From contig CAWANJ010000009.1 in NCBI GenBank assembly GCA_963783385.1, positions 384,001-448,000 of the forward strand: a stretch of 64,000 bases of DNA. Direction: 5' to 3'. The notes below the pieces were generated by a model, which saw only the letters and a list, made by a program, of their open reading frames with translations, was not told where the DNA came from and ran no database searches. The stretch is from an uncultured Gemmatimonadales bacterium (GTDB lineage: Bacteria; Gemmatimonadota; Gemmatimonadetes; Palauibacterales; Palauibacteraceae). A program made the translations under genes and the position numbers. Numbering within the stretch: the first letter of the stretch is position 1; each line of letters opens with the position of its first letter. Shown one piece after another: positions 42,613 through 51,763 of the stretch.

Positions 42613-43439
42613 TTGATCAGCGCGGCGATGATGAGCTGGGTCAGGATGTAGTCCACCGCCAGGACGAGCACCGAGGCCGTCACCACGGTGCGCGTCGTCG
42701 CCCGGCCCACGCCCTCGGTGCCACCCGAAGTGCGCAGCCCGAAGTAGCAGCCGGTGAGTGCCATGATGCCTCCGAACACCAGCGGCTTGACCAGCCCCCC
42801 GAACAGGTCCACCGGGATGAAGCGGAACAGGAAACCGTTCTCGGCGAGCGTGAGGTACACCGAGCGGAAGTAGAGTTCCGCGGTCAGGTGGAGCTTGGCG
42901 AGCGCGATGATGGCGCCGCCCAGGATGGCCACCACATCCGTCACCAGTGTCAGGACCGGCATCATGACGATGCCGGCCAGCAGCCGGGGCACGACGAGCT
43001 TGCGCACGGGATCCACGCCCATCGTGGTCAGGGCGTCGATCTGCTCGGTCACCCGCATGGCTCCCAGCTGCGCGGCCATGCCCGATCCGGCCCTGCCCGT
43101 CACCATGAGGGCCGTGAGGACCGGTCCCAGCTCGCGGATCGTGCTCGCGCCGACCAGGCGGCCGATGTAGATGGTCGCCCCGAACTGCCGCATCTCGACG
43201 GCGGATTGGAGCGCCAGCACCATGCCGGTGAACAGTCCCGTCAGCACCACGATCCCCACCGACGAAACGCCGATCGTGTCCATCTGCTGGACCAGGTCCC
43301 GCAGGTAGAAGGGTCGGCTGACCGCCCCACGAGCGGCGTGGGCGAGGAGCACGAAGTACTCCTGCGTCCGCAGTGCCCACCCCTTGAGAAGGTCGTCGAT
43401 CCAGCGGCCGACGCGCCGTGGACCGGAGCTGGATTCCAT
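42609..43439 (-). CDS. mlaE: ABC permease, MlaE family
   Basis: RELGPVLTALM, GAMRVTEQIDAL, GVGRATT. Confidence 0.92.
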   Translation of the reverse strand: MESSSGPRRVGRWIDDLLKGWALRTQEYFVLLAHAARGAVSRPFYLRDLVQQMDTIGVSSVGIVVLTGLFTGMVLALQSAVEMRQFGATIYIGRLVGASTIRELGPVLTALMVTGRAGSGMAAQLGAMRVTEQIDALTTMGVDPVRKLVVPRLLAGIVMMPVLTLVTDVVAILGGAIIALAKLHLTAELYFRSVYLTLAENGFLFRFIPVDLFGGLVKPLVFGGIMALTGCYFGLRTSGGTEGVGRATTRTVVTASVLVLAVDYILTQLIIAALIK

Positions 43440-43451
43440 GGAGAGGTTCCT

Positions 43452-43481
43452 TTGACACTCCGGAGAGATCGTCCGTATGTT
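43452..43481 (+). promoter_or_regulatory. Sigma70-type promoter upstream of rfaE1
   Basis: TTGACA, 18-bp spacer, TATGTT. Confidence 0.55.
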
Positions 43482-43579
43482 CGCCGCCGGTCGCGGCCGT
43501 GAGATCCCGTTGGGCCCGGACCGCGCCGGAGGTTACGCCTCGTCATCGGGCCACGCAAGCTGAAAGCCCTACGGACCAC

Positions 43580-44617
43580 GTGGACGATCCCTCTCCGACC
43601 TTCGATCCTTCACTCGCCGCTCGCTGGCTGGGGCGCGCCGCCAATGCGCGCGTCCTCGTGGTCGGCGACGTCATGCTGGATCGCTACCTCACGGGCGCGG
43701 TGGACCGCATCTCTCCCGAAGCTCCGGTGCCGGTCCTCCGGGTCGAGGGGGAGCACGCCGCGCCGGGCGGCGCCGCGAACGTGGCGGCCGGCATCGCGGC
43801 CCTGGGCGCATCGTGCGATCTCGTCTCCGTGGTGGGGGCGGACGTCGACGCGGAGGAGCTGACGACGCTCCTTGGCCGATCGGCGGGCGTGCGGCTGGAT
43901 CTCCTCCAGGATCCGGAACGCCCGACCACGGTGAAGACGAGGGTGCTGGCCCGTCACCAGCAGATGCTACGCGTCGACCGGGAGTCGACCGGCCCTCTCC
44001 CGGAATCGGTTCGCGAACGCGTGAAGCGACGCGTGCTCGACCGGCTGGAGGAGGCGTCCGCCGTGGCCCTGGTGGACTACGACAAGGGTGTGCTCGGATC
44101 GGACTGGGTCGCCGAGATTCTCGACGCCGCCAGCCGACGGGGCGTTCCGGCGGTCGTGGACCCCAAGCTCCGGAACTTCTTCTCGTTCCGTGGGGCGTTC
44201 CTGTTCAAGCCCAACGGGCGTGAGCTGGCCGCGGCCATCGGGGCCGAGCGGCCGCCGCAGACCCGGGCGGAGCTCGCGGCCGTGCGCGACCGGCTCCGGT
44301 GCCGGCACCTCCTGGTGACCCTGGGCGAGCACGGCATGGCGCTGCTGGCCGAAGGTGAGGAGACGCTCCGGCATATCCCGTCCAGGGCCCGAGAGGTGTA
44401 CGATGTGTCGGGAGCGGGGGACACCGTGACGGCGGTCCTCGCGGCCCTGCTCGCGGCGGGGGCGGACGTGGGCGAGGCGGCGGTCCTGGCCAACGTCGCG
44501 GCGGGTGTCGAGGTGTCGCACCTCGGCGCCGTTCCCGTTCGCGGGGAGGAGCTCCTCGCGGCGCTGGAGGAAGCCCACGAGACCCCGGAGAGGTCTCGAG
44601 GGTCTCCGGGCAGGTGA
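43580..44617 (+). CDS. rfaE1: D-glycero-beta-D-manno-heptose-7-phosphate kinase (HldE kinase domain)
   Basis: VVGDVMLDRY, RISPEAPVPV, GGAANVA, DYDKG, DVSGAGDT. Confidence 0.92.
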   Translation: MDDPSPTFDPSLAARWLGRAANARVLVVGDVMLDRYLTGAVDRISPEAPVPVLRVEGEHAAPGGAANVAAGIAALGASCDLVSVVGADVDAEELTTLLGRSAGVRLDLLQDPERPTTVKTRVLARHQQMLRVDRESTGPLPESVRERVKRRVLDRLEEASAVALVDYDKGVLGSDWVAEILDAASRRGVPAVVDPKLRNFFSFRGAFLFKPNGRELAAAIGAERPPQTRAELAAVRDRLRCRHLLVTLGEHGMALLAEGEETLRHIPSRAREVYDVSGAGDTVTAVLAALLAAGADVGEAAVLANVAAGVEVSHLGAVPVRGEELLAALEEAHETPERSRGSPGR

Positions 44618-44664
44618 GCGATGCGACGCAGCACCGGGTATGTCACGACAGCAAGGGAGCCACG

Positions 44665-45057
44665 ATGAGCGACGCGCGTGAAGCGATCCACACCGGCCGG
44701 GCCCCGGAGGCGATCGGCCCATACTCGCAGGCCGTACGCGCGGGCCCGTGGCTGTTCACGGCCGGACAGATCGGCCTCGATCCGGCCACGGGCGAGTTCG
44801 CCGGCACGGACGTCGACAGCCAGGCGCGGCAGGCCATGCAGAACCTCCAGGCGGTGGTCGAGGAAGCTGGAGGGTCCATGGACCACGTGGTGAAGACGAC
44901 GATCTTCCTGGCCGACATGGGAGACTTCGCGGCCGTGAACGAGATCTACGGCTCCTACTTCCGGCCTCCCTATCCGGCCCGCTCCACGGTGGCGGCCGCG
45001 CAGCTGCCGAAGGGAGCGCGGGTCGAGATCGAGGTCGTGGCCCGCATCGGAGGCTGA
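44665..45057 (+). CDS. ridA: RidA/YjgF family enamine deaminase
   Basis: APEAIGPYSQA, GQIG, PARSTV, LPKGARVEIE. Confidence 0.92.
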   Translation: MSDAREAIHTGRAPEAIGPYSQAVRAGPWLFTAGQIGLDPATGEFAGTDVDSQARQAMQNLQAVVEEAGGSMDHVVKTTIFLADMGDFAAVNEIYGSYFRPPYPARSTVAAAQLPKGARVEIEVVARIGG

Positions 45058-45085
45058 GGCACCGCTTCGGCGGGCCGATCGGTAT

Positions 45086-45181
45086 GGGAGCGGATGGTGA
45101 CTGGTGTCGCCTGCGGTCTTCAAAACCGTCAGAGGGCGTGAGAGCGTCCCCGGTGGGTTCGATTCCCACACGTTCCCGCCA
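45086..45181 (+). tRNA. selC: tRNA-Sec (anticodon UCA at 45120-45122)
   Basis: 96 nt; 6-bp D stem with 4-nt loop (GGTGAC-TGGT-GTCGCC), CT-TCA-AA loop, long variable arm, GTTCGATT T-loop, GCCA end. Confidence 0.95.
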
Positions 45182-45242
45182 TCCCGGCCGCGCCCGGACC
45201 GGCTCGCCGGCTCCGGGCGCCGGCCCCCCTCCGGGTCGGAAG

Positions 45243-45788
45243 GTGGGCGCCATCCTCGGGCTCGTGGCGGCCCTCCTCGTGTCGGCCGCTCCCGGAACGG
45301 CGTTCGCCCAGCAGCCCGACTCGGCTTCCGGGGCGACCCGGCAGCTGGCGCCCGACACGACGCTCCGCCTCCCGGCCGACACGGCCCGGGCCGACAGCGC
45401 GGGCCGGCGGAGTATTCCGCCGCTGGGCGCCCTGGCGCGGTCGCTGGTGGTCCCGGGTTGGGGCCAGGCGTCGGTCGGCCGTCCGGTGCGCGGCGCCTTC
45501 TACTTCGCGGCCCAGGCCGGCAGCCTGTTCATGGTCATCAAGTCGCAGCAGAAGCTCGAGGCGGCCCGACGGGCCGTGGCCGCCGGACGCGCGGATTCCT
45601 CGCTGGTGGAGAGCCGGGTGTCGCAGCGTGAGGACTGGATCGTCCTGTCCGTGTTCTGGGCGGTCCTGAGCGGCGTCGATGCCTGGGTGTCCGCCAACCT
45701 GTCGGACTTCCAGCATCCCCTCACGCCACCTCCGGATGGCTCTCCCGGGGCGGCCCTCCAGATCCGCGTGCCCGTGGGAGGGCCGTGA
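45243..45788 (+). CDS. Hypothetical exported/membrane protein (DUF5683-like)
   Basis: Signal-like N-terminus; RSLVVPGWGQ and DAWVSANL motifs; start approximate. Confidence 0.65.
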   Translation: MGAILGLVAALLVSAAPGTAFAQQPDSASGATRQLAPDTTLRLPADTARADSAGRRSIPPLGALARSLVVPGWGQASVGRPVRGAFYFAAQAGSLFMVIKSQQKLEAARRAVAAGRADSSLVESRVSQREDWIVLSVFWAVLSGVDAWVSANLSDFQHPLTPPPDGSPGAALQIRVPVGGP

Positions 45789-46642
45789 AGGAGTCCGGGA
45801 GGGAGAGCGCTCCGATCGGTGTGTTCGACTCCGGCATCGGCGGACTCACGGTTCTGCGGGCCCTGCGCCGGAGGCTGCCCGCCGAGGACACGGTGTACCT
45901 GGGCGACACCGCACGCGTGCCCTACGGGCCCAAGTCGCCGGAGACGGTGCGGCGCTATGCGGCGGAGGCGGCCGAGTTCCTCCTCGGCCAGGGGATCAAG
46001 CTGCTCGTGGTGGCCTGCAACACGGCCACGGCCCGGGCGCTCCCCGAGCTGTCCGAATCGCTCCCCGTTCCGGTGATCGGGGTGGTGGAGCCGGGCGCGC
46101 GCGAGGCCGCCCGCCGATCGAGTTCGGGGCGCATCGGGGTCATCGGCACGCAGGGCACGGTCGACAGCGGCGCCTACGAGGCGGCGATCCTGGCCCTGCG
46201 ACCCGAGGCGGTCGTGGAGGGCCTGGCGTGCCCGCTGTTCGTCTCCCTCGTGGAGGAGGGATGGACGGAGGGCGAGGTGGCGCGGCTCACCGTGGAACGC
46301 TACCTGAGGCCGCTTCTCGATCGGGGCATCGACACCCTCGTCCTCGGCTGCACGCACTATCCTCTGCTGCGTCCGCTGCTTCAGGAGGTGGCCGGGCCGG
46401 CCGTGACGCTGGTCGATTCGGCCGAGGCGACGGCGGACGCCGTGCAGCGGGAGCTGGAGGGGCGGGGCCTGGCGACCCCGGTGGCGGCGGGGCGGGGGAC
46501 GGCCCGCTATTTCGTCACCGACGACGCCGGCCGATTCCGGCGGCTGGCCGCTCGCTGGCTCGATGAGAAGCCCGAGTCGCTCGAGACGGTCGAACTGGCT
46601 CGGGCCGCGGGCGGCCGGCGGCCCGGAGCCTCTCGGCGCTAG
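45785..46642 (+). CDS. murI: Glutamate racemase
   Basis: FDSGIGGLTV, PYG, ACNTAT, LGCTHYP. Confidence 0.96.
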   Translation: MKESGRESAPIGVFDSGIGGLTVLRALRRRLPAEDTVYLGDTARVPYGPKSPETVRRYAAEAAEFLLGQGIKLLVVACNTATARALPELSESLPVPVIGVVEPGAREAARRSSSGRIGVIGTQGTVDSGAYEAAILALRPEAVVEGLACPLFVSLVEEGWTEGEVARLTVERYLRPLLDRGIDTLVLGCTHYPLLRPLLQEVAGPAVTLVDSAEATADAVQRELEGRGLATPVAAGRGTARYFVTDDAGRFRRLAARWLDEKPESLETVELARAAGGRRPGASRR

Positions 46643-47379
46643 GCGTCCGCCTTCCAGCGCTTCAGCTCGACGGCCTCCGGCCGGACCTCACCGTACGTGA
46701 AATGACGGATCCAGTCTCCCGCGTTGAGGTAGTACCGACCGGTCTCGACTTCCGTCAGCTGGGGCCGATGGGTGTGTCCGAACACGACCAGGTCCAGGGA
46801 TGCGTCCCGTTCGAGGAGGTGGTGTGCGTGCTCGGCGAGACGATCCGCCCGGCGCTCTTCGTGCGGCCGGAGTGGACTCGGTCCCTCCGGCGTCCGGCTG
46901 GCTCCGCGGGCCAGCCAGTGGCCGAGGTCGGGATGGATCCACCGGAACGCCTGGCGGGCCGCCCGGCTCCGGGTCACGGCCTTGAGGAGTCGGTATCCCC
47001 AGTCGCCTCCCGCCAGCCCGTCGCCGTGCGCCAGATAGGTCCGGCGACCCCCGATCTCGGTGATCAGTGGACCGTCGATCAGCTCGATCCCGAGCGTGTC
47101 GGCCAGGAAGGCGCCGCCCCACGCATCGTGGTTTCCGCCCACCCACCGCACTCGCACGCCGGCGTCTCGCAGGGCCGCGAGCCTTCGCAGGGCCGGGAAG
47201 TTCCGGCTGGGGATCACGCTGTGGTACTCGAACCAGAAATCGAACACGTCGCCCGCCAGGACCAGGTCGTCGGTCAGGTCGGGCACGGCGTCGAGGAAAT
47301 CCAGGAACGCGTGCTCGGCCCGCGGGGAGGTGGCACCCAAATGGGCGTCGGAGGCGATGAGAGCGGGAGGTGCGGGCAT
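46639..47379 (-). CDS. lpxH: UDP-2,3-diacylglucosamine diphosphatase (LpxH-like metallophosphoesterase)
   Basis: SDAHLG, GDVFDFWFEY, GNHD, AHGDG, GHTH, NAGDW. Confidence 0.85.
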   Translation of the reverse strand: MPAPPALIASDAHLGATSPRAEHAFLDFLDAVPDLTDDLVLAGDVFDFWFEYHSVIPSRNFPALRRLAALRDAGVRVRWVGGNHDAWGGAFLADTLGIELIDGPLITEIGGRRTYLAHGDGLAGGDWGYRLLKAVTRSRAARQAFRWIHPDLGHWLARGASRTPEGPSPLRPHEERRADRLAEHAHHLLERDASLDLVVFGHTHRPQLTEVETGRYYLNAGDWIRHFTYGEVRPEAVELKRWKADA

Positions 47380-47385
47380 GGGCCG

Positions 47386-47413
47386 AAGATAGGCGGGAAG
47401 CGCCCCCCGTCAA
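47386..47413 (-). promoter_or_regulatory. Promoter implying a leaderless lpxH transcript
   Basis: Minus strand TTGACG, 16-bp spacer, TATCTT ending 6 nt before the ATG at 47379. Confidence 0.5.
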
Positions 47414-47439
47414 CGCGCCGAGGCGGGCGTCGCCGTCGT

Positions 47440-47468
47440 TTGACACCGCCCGGGACCGCCGGTAACCT
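47440..47468 (+). promoter_or_regulatory. Sigma70-type promoter for the thioesterase operon
   Basis: TTGACA, 17-bp spacer, TAACCT. Confidence 0.6.
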
Positions 47469-47549
47469 CGGGCGATTCCCGTCGCGACGCCCGGATCGAT
47501 CGCGCTCCCCGGCGGTCGACCGCGGGCCGCTCTCGCACCGCGTGGAGAT

Positions 47550-47987
47550 ATGAGCACGAGCACGATTCGGCTCCGGGTCCGCTACGGCGAGACGGACCAG
47601 ATGGGCCGGGCCCACCACAGTCACTACCTCCTGTGGTGCGAGGAGGGACGGACCCACTGGCTCCGGGAGCGGGGAGCCTCGTACGCCGAGCTCGAAGCCG
47701 AGGGGGTCCTCCTCCCCGTGTCACGCGTCGCCGTCACCTACCGCGAAGCCGCCGGGTACGAAGAGGAGATCGAGGTCGTCACCCGCGTCGAGGAGGTCCG
47801 GAGCCGCTCCGTGACGTTCGACTATCGCGTGCGGCGGGCCTCGGATGGCGCGACGCTGGCCGAGGCCCGGACGGAGCTGGTGTGCATGGACAGGAGCGGC
47901 CAGGTGCGGCGGCTCCCCGAATCGTTGAGGGGGTTGCTGTCGGAGGCGGCCGTGGAGGGGCGAACCGGATCGGGGGACGGAGGGTGA
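47550..47987 (+). CDS. Acyl-CoA thioesterase (YbgC/FadM hotdog family)
   Basis: RVRYGETDQMG, YLLWCEEGR. Confidence 0.9.
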   Translation: MSTSTIRLRVRYGETDQMGRAHHSHYLLWCEEGRTHWLRERGASYAELEAEGVLLPVSRVAVTYREAAGYEEEIEVVTRVEEVRSRSVTFDYRVRRASDGATLAEARTELVCMDRSGQVRRLPESLRGLLSEAAVEGRTGSGDGG

Positions 47988-48703
47988 TGGGGCGCCGAGC
48001 GCCCGGGGGCCGGGACGGCAGGCGTCTCGTCCGCACGGGATCCGTGGGCTGGCTGATGCTGCTGGTCGCCGGCTGTGCCGCACGTGCGGCCTCGGGACCT
48101 CCGCTCGAGGATCCGGCGAGCGCGGCGCACGACCTGGCCGTGGCCTCCGTGCCTTCGCGGCCCGCCCGCCTGAGCTTCCACTGGGAGTACTCGGACCGTC
48201 GCGGTCCCACGCGAGGTGAGGGCGTGGGCCGCTACAACCCGCCCGACAGCCTCCGGCTGGACCTGTTCGGCGTGGGGGACGCCAGCATGGCGGTGGCGCT
48301 GGCCGGGGATGGGCTCCGGAGCCTCGGGACGCTCGAGAACGTGCAGTTGCCTCCGGCGGCCTTCCTGTACGCTACGGCGGGGCTGTTCGTCCCCCCGGCC
48401 TCCGCGCCCGCCCGCGGCTTCCGGACCGAGCAGGGCGAAGTCCTGGTATACGATGTTCCAAATGGGATCGAGCGTCGATATGTTGTGCGCGGCGATCGGC
48501 TGGTGCGGGTCGAGGACGTGCGCGACGGGCGCACCCTGAGGCGCCTCGAGATCTCCTGGCCGGCCGGGCCCGCCCGGTGGCCTTCGGGCGCCGAGTACAA
48601 GGACCTGGTCACGCCGAGCCGAGCCCGGTGGAGCCTGGACGAAGTGATGAGCAGCGATGAGCGGTACCCTGCGGACATCTTCGATCTTCCGGTCCGCGGC
48701 TAG
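47987..48703 (+). CDS. Hypothetical lipoprotein (possibly LolB-like fold)
   Basis: Lipobox LVAGC; PPDSLRLDLFG motif; beta-rich. Confidence 0.6.
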   Translation: MGRRAPGGRDGRRLVRTGSVGWLMLLVAGCAARAASGPPLEDPASAAHDLAVASVPSRPARLSFHWEYSDRRGPTRGEGVGRYNPPDSLRLDLFGVGDASMAVALAGDGLRSLGTLENVQLPPAAFLYATAGLFVPPASAPARGFRTEQGEVLVYDVPNGIERRYVVRGDRLVRVEDVRDGRTLRRLEISWPAGPARWPSGAEYKDLVTPSRARWSLDEVMSSDERYPADIFDLPVRG

Positions 48704-49180
48704 CCTGCTGCTGGCCGCCCTGGCCGCGGGCTGTCTGTACGGGTTCTCCGGCGGCGGGGGCCTGCCGTCGGACATTCACAGCATTACGTGCCGCCGGTCG
48801 ATAACAGCACGTCGCGATTCGAGCTCACGCAGCAGCTCACCCAGGGGCTGATGGATGCGGTCCGGGGTCGGCTGGGTGCGCAGCCGGGATCGCAGGACAA
48901 CGCGGACGCCATCATTCGTACGAACATCACGAACTACTCGGACCAGGCGGTGAGCCTTCAGGGCCGGCAGAGCGTGGGGGCCAAGGTGTTTCAGCGCAGA
49001 GTCACGATCAGCGCGTCGGTGCAGATCGTCGACCTTCACAAGAACCGGACGATCTGGAGCTCCACGGTGAGCGGGACCGGCGAGTACGCGCCGGACCAGG
49101 AGTCCGATCAGCAGGCCATCAAGCTGGCTCTCGACAACCTGATCCAGAAGGTCGTCGATGGTGCTCAGTCTCAGTGGTGA
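48657..49180 (+). pseudogene. lptE: LptE-family LPS assembly lipoprotein with a 1-bp deletion near 48784 (probable sequencing error)
   Basis: Lipobox LAAGC-LYGFSGG in one frame, mature domain (YVPPVDN, ADAII, RVTISASV) in another; adding one T gives ATT TAC and joins them. Confidence 0.75.
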
Positions 49181-49274
49181 TCGTGACCGTCGGCTGGCGA
49201 CGCTGGATTCTGACGCGGATGGAGGAGCCTGAGGCGATGAACATGGCAGATGGAATGAAGGCGGAGGGGGCTCG

Positions 49275-49733
49275 ATGAGCGTGGCGGACATTACGCGGCG
49301 TGATCCCGTCACGCTGGGGCCCGCCGACACGGTGGAGCGCGCGGCGGAGCTGCTGGTCCAGGAGCGGGCGCTGGCCCTGCCGGTGGTGGAGGTCTCGGGG
49401 AAGCTGGTGGGAACGTTCGGGGTCGACGGCCTGGCCAAACTGCTGCTGCCGCGGGCGGTGACGCTCGACGTGGGTCTCGAGGAGCTCACGGACCTGGACT
49501 TCGTGGCCGACAGCCTCGAGGAGCTTCGTGAGCGCATGGGCCGCGTGTGCGAACAGCCCGTGAAAAAGTACATGGACACGGAGACGCGGCGGCCTCTGGA
49601 CCCCGACTCATCGTTCACCGAGGCGCTGTTCCTCTTGCACCGGCTGGGCGAAGACCTTCCGGTGGTGGATCCGTCGACGGGGAAGCTGGTGGGGATGGTC
49701 TCGCCGTGGGACGTGCTGTCCAGGCTCGGCTGA
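49275..49733 (+). CDS. CBS-domain pair protein, copy 1
   Basis: Two LPVV...G(K)LVG motifs; GGAGG RBS. Confidence 0.88.
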   Translation: MSVADITRRDPVTLGPADTVERAAELLVQERALALPVVEVSGKLVGTFGVDGLAKLLLPRAVTLDVGLEELTDLDFVADSLEELRERMGRVCEQPVKKYMDTETRRPLDPDSSFTEALFLLHRLGEDLPVVDPSTGKLVGMVSPWDVLSRLG

Positions 49734-49746
49734 GGGGAGAGCGGGG

Positions 49747-51093
49747 ATGCAGGAAGGGATGACGGGCGCGGGGCACGTGCTGTTCGGCTGGAACGCGCTG
49801 GTGGTAGCGACGATCCTTTTCGGGCTCACCTACGTGGTGATCATGTCCGAGAAGATCAACCGGGCCATCGCGGCGCTGCTGGGCGGCGGGCTCATGATCC
49901 TCGCGGGCGTGCTCACGCAGGAAGCGGCGGTGCGGGGGGTGGACTTCAACGTGCTGGGGCTTCTGACGGGGATGATGGTGCTGGTGGCCATCACCCGGAA
50001 GACGGGCGTGTTCCAGTTCGTGGCCATCTGGTCGGCCAAGAAGGTGAACGCGCGGCCCATGGGCATCCTGCTCATGCTGTCCGTGGTCACGGCCGTGTTC
50101 TCGGCCTTCCTGGACAACGTGACCACAGTGCTGCTCATCGTGCCGGTCACCCTCCTCATCTCGGAGGAGCTGCAGATCGACCCGTATCCGATCCTGGCGG
50201 CGGAGATCTTCTCGTCGAACATCGGAGGCACGGCCACCCTGATCGGCGACCCCCCCAACATCATGATCGGCTCGGCCGCGGGCCTGTCGTTCAACGCGTT
50301 CGTGACCAACATCGCTCCCATCATCCCCCTCATCTTCCTCCTCACGGTGCTTCCTATCGCGTTCCTGTGGAGGAAGCGGCTGGTGACGACCGAGGAGCAC
50401 CGGCAGCGCGTGCTGGAGTTCCGCGAGCGCGAGGCGATCACCAACCCCCGCCTGCTCAAGCGCTGCCTGTTCGTGCTGGTGCTCGTGTTGCTGGGCTTCG
50501 TGTTCGACCGGGCACTGCACCTGGAGCCGGCCACGGTGGCGATGTTCGGGGCGGCGCTCCTCCTGCTGCTGGCCAACGTGGGCAAGGAGGCCGAGGAGCA
50601 GTCGAAGGCGGTGCACGAGGCGTTCGCCGAGGCCGAGTGGGTGACCCTGTTCTTCTTCGTCGGCCTGTTCATCGTCGTCGCCGGGGTCGAGAAGGCGGGG
50701 CTCCTGGACATGCTGGCCAGGGGCGTCCTGGACGTGACCCGGGGCAGCTTCCACGTGACCGCGTACGCGATCCTGTGGGTGTCGGCCGTGGCCTCGGCCA
50801 TCGTGGACAACATCCCGTTCGTCGCGGCCATGATCCCCGTGATCAAGGACATGGGGCCGGCCATGGGGGGACCCGAGCACCTGCGGACGCTGTGGTGGGC
50901 CCTGTCGCTGGGCGCCTGCCTGGGCGGCAACGGCACCCTGATCGGCGCCAGCGCCAACGTGGTGGTGGCCGGCTTCGCCGAGCGGTCGGGGCGGCCGATC
51001 CGCTTCATTCCCTTCCTGAAGGTCTCGGTCGTGGCCATGCTCACGGAAGTGGCGATCAGCAACGTGTATCTCTACCTGCGGTACCTTCACTGA
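49747..51093 (+). CDS. ArsB/NhaD (P-permease type) ion transporter, copy 1
   Basis: [43 protein letters not shown]; many hydrophobic segments. Confidence 0.9.
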   Translation: MQEGMTGAGHVLFGWNALVVATILFGLTYVVIMSEKINRAIAALLGGGLMILAGVLTQEAAVRGVDFNVLGLLTGMMVLVAITRKTGVFQFVAIWSAKKVNARPMGILLMLSVVTAVFSAFLDNVTTVLLIVPVTLLISEELQIDPYPILAAEIFSSNIGGTATLIGDPPNIMIGSAAGLSFNAFVTNIAPIIPLIFLLTVLPIAFLWRKRLVTTEEHRQRVLEFREREAITNPRLLKRCLFVLVLVLLGFVFDRALHLEPATVAMFGAALLLLLANVGKEAEEQSKAVHEAFAEAEWVTLFFFVGLFIVVAGVEKAGLLDMLARGVLDVTRGSFHVTAYAILWVSAVASAIVDNIPFVAAMIPVIKDMGPAMGGPEHLRTLWWALSLGACLGGNGTLIGASANVVVAGFAERSGRPIRFIPFLKVSVVAMLTEVAISNVYLYLRYLH

Positions 51094-51151
51094 GGGCGCG
51101 GTAGCGGGCCCCGGAAGGCCGCGGCGGTCGCCCCGCCCGCATTCCCCGCGG

Positions 51152-51180
51152 TTGTGAGGCGGCGGAGTGGCGGCTAGAGT
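51152..51180 (+). promoter_or_regulatory. Putative promoter for the second CBS-permease copy
   Basis: TTGTGA, 17-bp spacer, TAGAGT. Confidence 0.4.
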
Positions 51181-51291
51181 CCCTGACGATTCCCACGGAC
51201 GCTCCCCGGGCCGGAGGCGCATCCGCGGGTCGCCCGCGAGCGCCGGGACGCTCCCCCGGGGACGGATCGGCACCCAGAGGAGGGCACGATC

Positions 51292-51750
51292 ATGACCTTC
51301 ACCGAGACCCCGAGCACCGCGCCCGTGACCCTGCGTCCCGAGGACACGGTCGAGCGGGCGGCGGAGCTGCTGATCCGGGAGCGGGTGTTGGCCCTGCCGG
51401 TGGTGGAGGCCTCGGGAGAGTTCGTGGGGGTGTTCGGCCTGCGCCATGTGGCGGCGCTGCTGCTGCCGCGGGCGGTGACGCTCGGCGTCGGCCTGGAGGA
51501 GCTCACGGACCTGGACTTCGTGGCCGACAGCCTCGAGGAGCTTCGTGAGCGCATGGGCCACGTGTGCACCGATCCGGTGGCGGACCACCTTGGCGACGTA
51601 GCGGCCCGCGTCCTCCACCCCGACTCATCGTTCACCGAGGCGCTGTTCCTCTTGCACCGGCTGGGCGAAGACCTTCCGGTGGTGGATCCGTCGACGGGGA
51701 AGCTGGTGGGGATGGTCTCGCCGTGGGACGTGCTGTCCAGGCTCGGCTGA
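51292..51750 (+). CDS. CBS-domain pair protein, copy 2
   Basis: Paralog of 49275..49733; GAGGAGG RBS. Confidence 0.88.
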   Translation: MTFTETPSTAPVTLRPEDTVERAAELLIRERVLALPVVEASGEFVGVFGLRHVAALLLPRAVTLGVGLEELTDLDFVADSLEELRERMGHVCTDPVADHLGDVAARVLHPDSSFTEALFLLHRLGEDLPVVDPSTGKLVGMVSPWDVLSRLG

Positions 51751-51763
51751 GGGGAGAGCGGGG

